Shown here: positions 48,029-60,773 of the stretch, piece by piece
Layout of the letters: every line of letters begins with the position of its first letter
Position numbering within the stretch: the first letter of the stretch is position 1
Source of the DNA: Macrostomum lignano
Taxonomy: Eukaryota
Length of the DNA stretch: 64,000 nucleotides
Direction: 5' to 3'
Assembly: GCA_002269645.1 (NCBI GenBank)
Contig: NIVC01000131.1
Location: 186,001-250,000 of the forward strand
The notes under the pieces: model-generated
What the model was told of the DNA's origin: nothing
Seen by the model: only the letters and a program-made list of their open reading frames with translations
Database searches by the model: none
Program-made: the position numbers and the translations under genes

Positions 48029-51000
48029 TTAGGATGCTGCCTGAGCCTCTTCCAGCTGACGCAGCGGCGGCATGAGCACCTGGCGCAGTCTATTAATGAC
48101 GGTGCGCACCAGCTGCTGCAGTGGGGCGTCCTCTTCGCAGGTGGCCGTCAGCCGTCCGGTGTCCACCTCAACCTGACGGTTGCGCACCACCAGCTGAAAG
48201 GTCAGGCCGCTCTTCCTGGGATCCGGCCGGCCCTGCACGCTGTCCGGGCCGAACATCTCGGACAGAGTCTCCAACAGGGCGGTGCGAAACGCGGTGCTGT
48301 CTTGCCTGGCCGGGGCTGGCACGCTCTGCCAGGGCATGCCCTCCAGCTCGGCCTTCAGGATCACCGTCTGCACGGCGTCGGCAAACATGTCGCTGACCGG
48401 GTTGGACTGCCACTGAAGATGGGCAGAGTGGAGTGCTTAGCTGGGGTAGGCGCGTTATCAGTGTATAGTATAATAATTGCCGTTTTCCAGCCCATAGCAA
48501 CGAAGACTGTCTTTTTATCGATCAGTATAGAAACGAATTTTGAGAGCATAGCAACAGCGCAACAGCATAGCAACAAAGTACGGAAGCATCTCAACAGCAT
48601 AGCAACAAAGTAAGGAAGCATCTCAACAGCATAGCAACAAAGTACGGAAGCATCTCAACAGCATAGCAACAAACTACGGAAGCATCCCAACAGCATAGCA
48701 ACAAAGTACGGAAGCATCCCAACAGCATAGCAACAAAGTAAGGAAGCATCTCAACAGCATAGCAACAAACTACGGAAGCATACCAACAGCCTAGCAACAA
48801 AGTACGGAAGCATCTTAACAGCATAGCAACAGCACAAAAACACAAAGCATTCAGACAATTAATAAGCCAATATTAACTCACCTCAATTAGAACCTGGCGC
48901 GGCTCCCAGGTAACGGTGACGCACTGGAACACGCGGTAGACGTGACAATCACCCTTCTGCCTGACAGTTTCAACTGAGCCGGCCACCACAGCCAGGTGAA
49001 AGTACAATAGGCTAGGCGGCATGCTGAAATGCACAGCCATTCGCTGAGTAACCTCGCTAGTAGCCAGGTCCGTATACGTAGGCAAATCAGTCTCGTGCAC
49101 CAGATGATAGCTGAAATTCTTCTTCATCAAGATGCCGGACAGAGGCTGGCCCTCAGTAGGGGCTGATTTAGCCAAACTGCCAACCACTTTGGCAGTTTTC
49201 TCGCCGCGGAAATGCAACGAGACGGATTCGCAGTTCTTGGGCGTGAAAATGTCCAGGCGGTAGTCGGGCTCGTCCTCGTACTGGCGCAGCAGGGCGGAGC
49301 GAAGCCGCAGCATCTCGTTCTGCTCGCCGTGCACCAGAACAATGTGCGCCGGCCACAGGTCGCGAATAAACTCAGACGTCTGCTGGTAGTCCGTGTGAGC
49401 CGAGAACGATACGTAGTCTACTGAGCACTTTAGCGGCAACGTCTGGCCGGACATTGTGGTCACCTGTGGGTTGGTTGATTGGTTAGATCAGTTTGGAATT
49501 AGCTAGCTAGTAAATGTGGAGGCCATTCCGTTCAACATCTTGTGATACGAAGAAATTCCGTTCAATACCTCTGTGGGGAATGTGGGGGGGGATTCCGTCC
49601 AATACCTCTGTGGGGAATGTGGGGGGGATTCCGTCCAATACCTCTGTAGAGAATGTGGGGAGATTCCGTCCAATACCTCTGTGGGGAATGTGGGGGGGAT
49701 TCCGTCCAATACCTCTGTGGGGAATGTGGGGGGATTCCGTCCAATACCTCTGTGGGGAATGTGGGGGGGATTCCGTCTAATACCTCTGTGGGGAATGTAG
49801 GGGAATTCCGTTCAATACCTCTGTGGGGAATATGGGGGAATTCCGTTCAATACCTCTGTGGGGAATGTGGGGGGGGATTCCGTCCAATACCTCTGTGGGG
49901 AATGTGGGGGAATTCCGTTCAATACCTCTGTGGGGAATGTGGGGGGATTCCGTTCAATACCTCTGTGGGGAATGTGGGGGAATTCCGTTTAACACCTCTG
50001 TGGGGAATGTGGGGGAATTCTGTTCAATACCTCTGAGGGGAATGTGGGGGAATTCCGTCCAATACCTCTGTGGGGAATGTGGGGGAATTCCGTCCAATAC
50101 CTCTGTGGGGAATTCCGTTCAATACCTCTGTGGGGAATGTGGGGGGGATTCCGTCCAATACCTCTGTGGGGAATGTGGGGGGGGATTCCGTCCAATACCT
50201 CTGTGGGGAATGTGGGGAGATTCCGTCCAATACCTCTGTGGGGAATGTGGGGGAATTCCGTCCAATACCTCTGTGGGGAATGTGGGGGAATTCCGTTCAA
50301 TACCTCTGTGGGGAATGTGGGGGAGTTCTATCCAATATCTCTGTGGGGAATGTGGGAGAATTCTGTTTAATATCTCTGTGGGGAATGTGGGAGAATTCTG
50401 TTTAATATCTCTGTGGGGAATGTGGGAGAATTCTGTTAAGTATCTCTGTGGGGAATGTGGGGAAATTATGCTCAATATCTTTGGAGAATGTGGGAGAAAT
50501 CTGTTCAATAGCTCGGCGGGGAATGTGAGGGAATTCTGTCCAATACCTCTGTGGGGAATGTGGGGGAATTCTGTCTAACATCTCTGTGGGGAACGTGGGG
50601 GAATTCTGTTCAGTATCTGGTTAGTTTCTATCAAATAGTTGCGAGAACGTTGCCCACCTCATGCGGATGGCTGAGAATCTGCTTGGCCAGGGTGCCCTCA
50701 ACGCAGTACCCGGCAATGATGACGCCATTGCGCTTGTCTGTGCACCAGTTCTCGAATAGTTCGCGAGACAGGCCGTTCTGCATCATGCCAGGCGAGGCCA
50801 TGATAACGCACGGCCCGCTGTCAACATAGATGTCCACATTGCGCAAGTTGCTGATGTGCTTGAACACGAATGGATTGTTATTGACAATTTTATTGCGCAC
50901 AGATTCGTTCATAGCGTGAATATAAGTCTGATAGACTGCCATGCATTTCTTAGCCAGCTGGGACGCGTAATAGATTGGGATGCGGTGCAGCTCGGGGTGC

Positions 51001-51770
51001 AGGCTCCAGTATTCGTCTAGGATGAGCATGAGCTCCTGGGCTCGGCCCAGGGCGAACGCCGGTATCAAGCACCGACCGCCCCTAGCAACAATATCGTGTA
51101 CTAAACCGACGAATCGGGCTTCGCGTTCCTCGCGCCTATCGTGAATGTGCGTGCCGTAGGTGGACTCGGTGATGAGCACGTCTGGTCGGCAGGGCGGCAG
51201 CTCGGCGGACATCAGGTGCCGGTCCTCCTGCCGGCTGAAATCGCCCGTGTACAGGATTCGAACTCCGGCTATCTCAATTAGAAACATTGCGGCGCCGAGC
51301 ACGTGACCAGCGTGATAGGCCGTGAATTTGATGCCGTTCACCTCCAGCTCTTGGTGAAAGTCGATGGTCTCAATGCGCTCCATGGAGCTCTGGATGTCCT
51401 GATCGGCGTACAGAGCCGCCTCCGAGCTGTTGTTGCTAACCTTGACAAAGTCGCATAGCAACCAACGGTAAATAGCCTTAGTGGCGTGGGTCATAAATAC
51501 TCGGCCTCGGAATGGCGTCTTGGACAGCAGGTAGGGCAGGCCGCCGCAGTGGTCCAGGTGAAAGTGGCTCACTAGAAGTACGTCGACCTTCTCGTGCTCG
51601 ATATTGTCAATGAATGGCAGGGACTCGTTGGAGCGCAGGCCCGGATGAATGCCGCAGTCCAGCACCACCAGTTTGCCTTTGAATTTCAGCATGATGCAGG
51701 ACCGGCCGACCTCTTGGCCCGAGCCCAGGGGCGTGATCACCAGCTCGTTGCTTTCATCCGCTCCGCTCAT
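48029..51770 (-). CDS. CPSF3: Cleavage and polyadenylation specificity factor subunit 3 (CPSF73 endonuclease), 692 aa
   Basis: Exons 51770-50658, 49463-48882 and 48412-48029, phase-0 GT-AG introns. Motifs [21 protein letters not shown] (metallo-beta-lactamase), [23 protein letters not shown], beta-CASP region, [14 protein letters not shown]; CPSF73-type C-terminus [13 protein letters not shown]. Confidence 0.97.
48545..48835. repeat. 32-bp minisatellite filling CPSF3 intron 2
   Basis: AGCATAGCAACAAAGTACGGAAGCATCTCAAC units. Confidence 0.92.
49545..50615. repeat. ~36-bp G-run minisatellite filling CPSF3 intron 1
   Basis: GRATTCCGTCCAATACCTCTGTGGGGAATGTGGGG units. Confidence 0.95.
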
Positions 51771-53928
51771 GCTTGATCAGCTGAGAAACATAGGGGATTT
51801 GGTGATGTAGCTATGCAGTCAATACATTCATTGCTTGGGTATTCATTTTCTAAAGCAGATAATAATAAGTCAGGTAGAATTTAAATTAGTGCTAAAAGAC
51901 TAAAATGCTTTATTTATATTTTGATAATTGATGTAGGGTCAATTTCCCAAGAAGAAAAAATGACAATAATTACCTGCAAAACACATGGGCAATTATGTGC
52001 TTCTTACGAGCAGATAGTTAAGATTCTTAATTAAAGTTTTTGGAAAATATGGCTTTGGGGTATATATATATACTCATAAAGTATAAACATACCTTAGTAT
52101 TGTATTTTACTTTTATGGAAACCAAACTGCTAAATAAATACTAGGATGCTAAGTGGCACATTTTCAACAAAATGATTTAATTTGCACTTTAAACTGTTTT
52201 AAAGTATATTATTAGATATATAGATATATATATATATATATAGAACTAAGTGAAATTACTTAAAATGTTAATGTAGATCAATAAGAAATAGAATGGTTAT
52301 AATAAATTTTTTCTATTGAGGTGGAAGGCCTCTTAGTTCAATAGATGTAATGGCAGCAAAGATTTTGTGCTGCTTTGCGAGTATATTTATATATACAAAC
52401 AGCACAAGATTCAAGGGCCTAAGGAGGTATGAAAAGGTGGCATGGTGTGATAGGCTATGCCAACCCCCCCCCCAGCTTAGTGAGCCAGCTAGCTTGGTGT
52501 GCACCCACCCCACCTCAGCTAGACAGAGGTTGGGGCAGTTTCTAGTGCAGCTACACTGGTGCTTGCCAGTCGTGTATAGTCTGGCCACGACACTACTAAA
52601 TTTATTATAAAACAAATATTTTCCCTATAACTATGGCCATAACTACAGTAAGCCTTATATTATGGCAGCTATGATAAAATAGACCTGTATTGAAGAGAAT
52701 TAAAAGAACTAAGAATACTGAGGGGCTTATATTATAGAGATAGGACAAAACAATTTTTTTAAACAATTTTATTTATTTTGAATATCTGATGGAACCAATT
52801 TCAATACTGAATAATACTGAATATTGAAAGCACTTTGGTAAAGCCATGAATTGCAATGATTAAACTTGTGTAGAAATGTCTAGCTACACTCACTGCTAGA
52901 AGCACATGGTATTTATATCTAAACCTGATCCCTTTAGTAGCCCTTGTCCAATAGGTCTGCATCTTCTTGTCCAATGAAATATGCCTAGACCAAATGCAAA
53001 CCTCATCTCTTCCAAATGTTTAGGAATCAGTGCCTCCGAATCTATGGTCCATAAACTTGATTCTTAATGTTCCACTTTTTCTAAAGCTTCAAAGCCTCCT
53101 AAAGTCTCAGTATCTAATCTGAGCACAACAGACCTCGTTATCTTATCCTTAATTCTTTCCCTTATTTATAAGCCACAACCCCATAACCCTCAACACCATT
53201 GACTCTTCAAATACAAACTTCAATCCTTAATTCTCAAATATCCTGAATTCTTCCCTTCATTTATAAGCCACAGCTGTAATACTTACTCAACTCTTGACTT
53301 GATCCAAATCTTCATCCTATATCAAAGCAACTACTCAGTATCTTATTTTTCAGCTTTTCAGCAGCTTATTTTCAACTTTCCAATTCCAATTCAAAGCAAA
53401 TATTCAATCGATTTGATTCAATTCTGAACATTCAAAATATTTGTTCTATCTTTACTATGTTAAATGCATAAAGGCAAAGCTGAATAAGTTCCAAAGAAAC
53501 CTTTCTATAATCATATGAGGTGTTTTTAAAACAAATGTCAGTGGCTATATATTTCTGCTCAAGCAAATGCAGCCAACCTATTTTTTAATATGTTTTATAT
53601 TGTTATCTTGTGACTTACCAGCTGAAAATTCTACATTCAGCTACATTCTAGCACTAGCAGCAATGAAAGCCAACTACTTGTTTTAAGGTGTTATATTACT
53701 GCCATGATCTGAGCTCATACTTTTGTTTATGATATGGCAAAAGTGGGGTACAGCATGCTCAGTGTTGTTACAAGCATTTCTGAAAAATAATCCACAGATT
53801 AAAAAAATCTGCAGAGTATATTTTTCATGAATTAGAAAGTTAAAAGATCCATTTTTAATCCTCAAAATACTTGTTCACAATATTATTAAAACCAATTTCA
53901 ACGACGTCCTAATTAAGGAATCTAAATC

Positions 53929-54246
53929 CTAATGTATTCTGGGTCTCCTAAAGTAAAACACTAACAATATAAAATGAAGACAGTCGGAGAAAAGTCTATC
54001 GATAGCAGCCTTGAAGCTCTGCACGTAACTGTTATCCCAATGAAGCACATTTTGCAGTATCTTCAATAGCTGAGGGTCGAGCCCTCGCACCATCTCCTGC
54101 CTCGTTTGAAATTCAGTGTTGCAGAAGAACAGCCGGCAGAACTTGACTGAGCTTCTGTCACTAGGAAGAAGGCTGCCGATTCTATGGTAGATTTCCCTGT
54201 GAATGATCACACTGGGGTATCCACCAGGCATTTGCCGCTCCTCCAC
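53929..54246 (-). mobile_element. Helitron Rep/Hel N-terminal fragment
   Basis: IHREIYHRIGSLLP...KFCRLFFCNTE...LDPQLLKILQNVLH..NSYVQSFKAA matches the Helitron motif I.GQIYHRIGSLLP...P.FAQLYIYDT...LD..IL..LQ..L...NPYV..FK.A. Confidence 0.7.
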
Positions 54247-54559
54247 TCCTAATTATTTATATTCTATCAGCCAGATGGAACACTAGCTAATACAAGTCTG
54301 TCAGTTTAGCTATATTAAAAAACTAAGTGATATAACAAAAAATAAATGAAAATAGAAAACACAAAAAGACAGGAACCATACTTGTAAATGTAAAACATTG
54401 TTTTTATATACAGTTTTGCAAAAAAAGAAAAATCCGCAGAAATTCAAAAACAAATAAAATAATCAGCATTTTCCTCAGAAAGCTAAAAAATCTGCAGTGT
54501 GGAAATTTCTGCAGCTTGTAACACCACTGAGCATGCTGAAAATCAAAGAGGCCTTGGCC

Positions 54560-55540
54560 ATGGCCCACCTAGACAAGCAGCTATCCAAGAGGCAAATCTA
54601 TTGTCTCATCTGTCAAGAAAATGATGGCCAGGACACAGAAGATTAATGCAGGTTCAATGCAAAGAAAACAAGACAATTTGCAGACTACCATAGCTATAGA
54701 AGAGGCTATTGAGTCTGATCACTACAAAACCATTGAGGAATTAGCCAAAGACTTTGACCTGTCTATCAGCATAGTCCACACAATTTTACACATGGATCTT
54801 GGATTGTCTAAGAAGAGTGTGCTGGGTCTCTTGGCTGCTATTGCTAGAGCAGAAAGCAAAGCAAGTCTGCTGCTATAAGATTATGCAAAAGCTCCACTTT
54901 GAGCAAGGTGGAACCTTTGAGACATCCATGATGACCAGTCTTTTTTCACCTTAGAGACCAAGCAGCAAAGCCACCAATGGCTGCTAAGAGGAGTTCCAGT
55001 ATCAACTACCAATGAAGGTGAGAGTCTAGGAGTCCCACAAGAAGCAGATAATCTTTATCTTCTTTGACTCCCAAGGCATGATCTATACACTATGCACTAC
55101 GAGGTGTATGCACTACGAGTATGACCCAATTAGCTCAAAAATTAATTCCAACTATATCTTGAATATGTTGGCCACTTTCAAGAAGCAACTAGCTTAGAAA
55201 TGGTCATAGTTGGCCAAAGGCCAATGGTTCTTCCATTGGGACAATGCAACAGTCTACTCAGTGGCCAAGATAAGAGTTTTTAGCTAAAAATCATATCAAA
55301 GTACTTAAGTATCTATTATATTTACCAGATCTAGTTTTAGCCAACTTTTGACTATTTTTCAAGTGAAATTGGACTTATTAAGCAGCTAGATTGTTGGCAA
55401 AACAGTAAGAGCAGAGTGGGAACACATTGTAAGGAGTCTCCTAACAGTTGTATATGCCTAAGCTTTTTATAACTAGATGGAGCAATGCAAGAAGTGCATC
55501 AAGCTAGGTGGTAACTATGTTGCAAAGTTGTAGGGAATAA
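54560..55540 (+). mobile_element. Decayed mariner-family transposase pseudogene
   Basis: Colinear remnants: HTH (DHYKTIEELAKDFDLSISIVHTILHMDLGLSKK), ETKQQSHQW, FHWDNA, Y.PDL (YSPDLAP), EQCKKCIKLGGNYV; stops and frameshifts. Confidence 0.85.
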
Positions 55541-55989
55541 TAGACCAAAGTTGCCATGTGAGCTAGAAAATAAACTCACAAAAAATTGTTTTTGAAAACA
55601 CATATATATATTATATAACAATAAATTGATTATTATAAGACATAGTTATATCATTAATGCTAGATTATTATTCTATATCTATAGTAATAGTATCATTAAC
55701 TGATCATAGTATTTATATCTAATTAATTTGGTTTATATAATTTTAATAATATACTATTATAGAACATAAATTAATATATTAAGTGACTAACCTATTTTTA
55801 TATACTAAATATTAGTAGCTAAAATAATTGGTCAAAGATGCTAAAAATATATAGAGGCCTATTCAAAAAGCCTAAAAATTTGAGCAAAAACTGAAGATAT
55901 ACCTTTATATCATTTATATACAAAGGGCATGCAATGTATTCTGCACAAATGCCTATTATGATAAAACAGTGAAGGGCACAGTCATACTA

Positions 55990-56950
55990 CATATGTTATA
56001 ACTCAACATAGTCTCTATCTAATGCAATGCACTTTTGCCATTGTCACTCCAGCTTCTTGATCCCCTCCTCAAAACAGGTTTGTGGAAGCTACAAAATTGA
56101 CTTTCTTCATAGTAGCCCAAATCTCCTCTACTATGAAGTGGATATCATGCAAGGGATCTTTGAGCTATACAAACAGGTGGTAGTTGCTGGGGGCTAGGTG
56201 TGGGAGTAGCTGCCACTTCAGTTGTCGAATTTCGGCCATAGACAAACATGTTATGTGCACTTGTGCATTGTCCTAAAGGAGGAGCGAATGACCATGGATC
56301 TTTCCAAGTCTGACTTTGGGCAGTTTCTGATAGACTTCTTCTAGCAAAGTGCTATAACAGGTAGCAGTGATACTTGTCTTTAGAGAATAGAAGTCAGTAT
56401 GGATGATTCCCTTATAGTTGCAAAATATAGTGAGTTGAAACTTGCCAATAGAGAGGGACCTGACTTGGCATGAACTAGTCAAGATTCATCAGGACCCACC
56501 CACTGCATCCATTGGCACTTGGTCTTAGGCAAGAAGTATAGCAAAGGGGTTTTATCAAAGGTTATGATGCATTGCCAGAAATGGTCACCTATGTCTTCTA
56601 ACATATTGATATACATAGTCACATAGGCCACCCTTCTTCCTTTCTACTTAGCCATTAGTAGCCTTGGGACCAATAGGGAGCTAAGCTTCTTTATCTGCAA
56701 ATCCTCATGGACAATCTTCTCCAAAGAGCCACAAGAGATACCTATGGATTACCTCCATTTCATCAAATGTGAGCCATTGGTCTTTGTCTAAGAGGGTCCA
56801 TACACAGTCTATATTCTGTTTTATTGCTACAGTCAATAGACCTTTATTGCATACATCATCTTTGAGGTCATGTTGCCTAGCAACAAAGCAGGCAATCCAC
56901 TTACTCACTATGGATCTGTTAGGAGCTAAGTCACTATAGTGCGCTTATAG
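55990..56950 (-). mobile_element. Second decayed mariner-family transposase pseudogene
   Basis: LKDD...NIDCVWTLLDKDQWLTFDEM, GKFQLTIFCNYKGII...ITATCYSTLL, LLL*DNA, GIKKLE*QWQKCIALDRDYVE; possible TIR-like TAGAGGCCTATTCAAAAAG near 55850. Confidence 0.85.
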
Positions 56951-57679
56951 GCATTTGGCAGCCTTATTCAGTGTTAATCCTTCTTTATATCAGAAATAGG
57001 TGATTGCCTTCCACTTATTTTAGTAGGTGCATAGCTAGGATTTATATCAAGGAGGGACAGAAACATAAATTCATCTCTAATATTAGCAATAGAACTTCTT
57101 TTGAAGTGTTTTAAGCAAGATAGATAAAAATTTGCTTTTTATTAGAAGCAAAAAAAAGGCAATGAAAAAAAATTTCCCCTTCTAGAGGGGGGGGGACATG
57201 TCCTTAGTGTCCCCCCTCCCCATTGGCTATGCCCCTGATTTTTTAATGAATTCGAGTATTTGGAAAAGGAAAATAGATGCATCATTTTTTATCTAGATAA
57301 TTAAGGACTATTAATGTGAGTTGAATGAAAAATTCAATATTATTAGATAATACAACTAGCAATCTTCGCCCCCGTTGGGGGACATCTGGATAGAATCTCT
57401 GTTCTCTACAAGTAACAAAAAGACAGCCAAATAAAGCCTTCACAAAGACGATAGACAAACTGCTCTAATAAAGTGTAATGCAAAAAGAAATCATCCCAAG
57501 ACAGCAAGCATCCCCCAGATTGCAAGCATCCCCCAGATAGCAAGCATCCCGAAAAAGTAAGCATCCACCATAAAATAAGTAGCTAGTGCTACAATTTCCT
57601 TAGCTCTATAGTGGCTCCTTTAAAATTGGCATGACGCTTAATTTTACCTTTGAAATTGTGTAAATTTTATGTTTGACTT

Positions 57680-60660
57680 GGTGGCTCTTTAATGTTTGAC
57701 ATGGTGGCTCTTTTATGTTCTACATGGTGGCTCTCTTATGTTTGATTCGGGGTTTTCTTAATGTCTGACATGGTGTCTCTTTATTGTTTGACATAGTGGC
57801 TCTTTTATGTTTGACATGGTGGCTCTTTTATGTTTGACATGGTGGCTCTTTAATGTTCGACATGGTGGCTCTTTAATGTTTGACATTATGGCTCTTTAAT
57901 GTTTGACATGGTGTCTCTTTTATGTTTGACATGTTGTCTCCTTAATGTTTGACATGGAGTCATGTATATGTTTGCCATGGTGGCTCTTTAATGTTAGACA
58001 TGGTGTCTCTTCAATGTTTGACATGGAGTCATGTATATGTTTGACATGGTGGCTCTTTAATGTTTGACATGGTGGCTCTTTAATGTTTGACATAGTGGCT
58101 CTTTAATTTTCGAAATGGTGGTTGTTTTATGTTCTACATGGTGGCTCTTTAATGTTCGACATGGTGGCTCTTTAATGTTCTTAACGGTGTCTGTTTAATG
58201 TTTGACATGGTGGCTCTCTAATGTTCGACATGGTGGCTCTTTAATGTTTGACATGGTGGCTCTTTAATTTTCGAAATGTTGGCTGTTTTATGTTTGACAT
58301 GGTGGCTCTTTAATGTTAGACATGGTGGCTCTTTAATGTTTGACATGGTGGCTCTTTAATGTTCGACATGGTGGCTCTTTAATGTTAGACATGGTGTCTC
58401 TTTAATGTTTGACATGGAGTCATGTATATGTTTGACATGGTGGCTCTTGTATTTTTAACATGTTAGCTCTTTAATGTTCGACATGGTGGCTCTTTAATGT
58501 CCAACATGGAGTCACGTATATGTTTGACATGGAGTAATGTATATGTCTGATATGGTAGCTCTTTAATGTTTTACATGGAGTCACGCATATGTTTCACATG
58601 GTGGCTATTTTATGTTTGACATGGTGGCTCTTTAATGTTTTACATGGTGGCACTTTCATGTTTGTAATGGTGACTATTTTATGTTCTACATGGTGGCTCT
58701 TTTATGTTCGACATGGTGGCTTTTTAATGTTTGATAAGGTGGCTATTTAATGTTCGACATGGTGGCTCTTTAATTTTTGACAAGGTGGCTCTTTAATGTT
58801 TGAAATAGTGGCTCTTTAATTTTCGAAATGGTGGCTGTTTTATGTTTAACATGGTGGCTCTTTAATGTTCGACATAGTGGCTCTTTAATGTTTTTAATGG
58901 TGTCTGTTTTATGTTTGACATGGTGGCTCTTTAATGTTTGACATGGTGGCTCTTTAATGTTTGACATAGTGGCTCTTTAATTTTCGAAATGGTGGCTGTT
59001 TTATGTTCTACATGGTGGCTCTTTAATGTTCGACATGGTGGCTCTTTAATGTTCTTAATGGTGTCTGTTTTATGTTTGACATGGTGGCTCTCTAATGTTC
59101 GACATGGTGGCTCTTTAATGTTTGACATGGTGGCCCTTTAATGTTTGACATGGTGGCTCTTTTATGTTAGACATGGTGGCTCTTTAATGTTCGACATGGT
59201 GGCTCTTCAATGTTTGACATGGAGTCATGTATATGTTTGACCTGGTGACTCTTTAATATTTGACATGGTGGCTCTTTAATGTTTGACATGGGGTCTCTTC
59301 AATGTTTGACATGGTGGCTCTTTTATCTTTGACATGGTGGCTCTTCAATGTTCGACATGGTGGCTCTTTAATTTTTGACATGGTGGCTCTTTGATTTTCG
59401 AAATGGTGGCTCTGTTTTATGTCTAACATGGTTGCTCTTTAATGTTCGACATAGTGGCTGTTTTATGTTTGACATGGTGGCTCTTTGATGTTTGACATGG
59501 TGGCTCTTTAATGTTTTTAATGGTGTCTGTTTTATGTTTGACATGGTGGCTCTTTAATGTTTGACATGGTGGCTCTTTAATGTTTGACATAGTGGCTCTT
59601 TAATTTTCGAAATGTTGGTTTTCTTTTGTTGACATGGTGGCTCTTAATGTTCGACATGGTGGCTCTTTAATGTTCTTAATGGTGTCTGTTTTATGTTTGA
59701 CATGGTGGCTCTTTAATGTTCGAAATAGTGGCTGTTTTATGTTTGACACGGTGGCTCTTTAATGTTCGACATGGTGGCTCTTTAATGTTTTACATGGTGG
59801 CACTTTCATGTTTGACCTGGTGGCTCTTTAATGTTTGACATGGTGGCTCTATAATATTCGACATGGTGGCTCTTTTATGTTTGACATGGTGGCTCTTTTA
59901 TCTTTGACATGGTGGCTCCTTCATGTTCGACATGGTGGCTCTTTAATGTTTGACATGGCGGCTCTTTAATTTTCGAAATGGTGGCTCTGTTTTATGTTTG
60001 ACATGGTGGCTCTTTAATGTTCGACATAGTGGCTGTTTTATGTTTGACATGGTGGCTCTTTGATGTTCGACATGGTGGCTCTTTAATGTTTTTAATGGTG
60101 TCTGTTTTATGTTTGACATGGTGGCTCTTTAATGTTAGACATGGTGGCTCTTTAATGTTTGACATAGTGGCTCTTTAATTTTCGAAATGTTGGCTATTTT
60201 ATGTTTGACATGGTGGCTCTTTAATGTTCGACATGGTGGCTCTTTAATGTTCTTAATGGTGTCTGTTTTATGTTTGACATGGTGGCTCTTTAATGTTCGA
60301 CATGGTGGCTCTTTAATGTTTGACATGGTAGTTCTTTTATGTTTGATATGGTGGCTTTTTCATGTTTGACATGGTGGCTCTTTAATGTTCAACATGGTGG
60401 CTCTTTTAGGTTTGAAATGGTGGCTCTTTAATTTTTTACATGGTGGCTTTTTAATGTTCGACATGGTGGCTCTTTAATGTTCGACATGGTGACTCTTTTA
60501 GGTTTGAAATGGTGGCTCTTTAATGTTCGACATGGTGGCTCTTTAATGTTTGACATGGTGGCTCTTTAATGTTCGACATGGTGGCTCTTTTAGGTTTGAA
60601 ATGGTGGCTCTTTAATGTTTGACATTGTGGCTCTTGTATGTTTGACATAGCGCTTCTTTT
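57680..60660. repeat. 23-bp satellite (TTTAATGTTYGACATGGTGGCTC), ~3 kb, with higher-order variant blocks
   Basis: Tandem units. Confidence 0.95.
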
Positions 60661-60709
60661 ATGTTTAGCAGTTTTTTGTTTTTAAGGTGTTTTAATAAAA
60701 AATCATTTT

Positions 60710-60773
60710 GCGCTACCAAGATTCGAACCCAGTTTGCTACATTAGCAGTCCAGTCTGTTCGCATCTAGGCTAT
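60710..60773 (-). pseudogene. tRNA-derived remnant (Ser-GCT-like loop; SINE head or tRNA pseudogene)
   Basis: - strand TAGCCTAGATG (A-box-like)...GGACTGCTAAT...GGGTTCGAATCT (B-box); acceptor stem incomplete. Confidence 0.4.

Noticed and set aside
48029-51770. INTS11/CPSF3L or CPSF2 instead of CPSF3
   Set aside because: The N-terminus, [22 protein letters not shown] and the C-terminal domain follow CPSF73, and the metal-binding motifs are intact
52830-53520. AT-rich segment that may be another decayed element
   Set aside because: No protein motif could be recognised by eye
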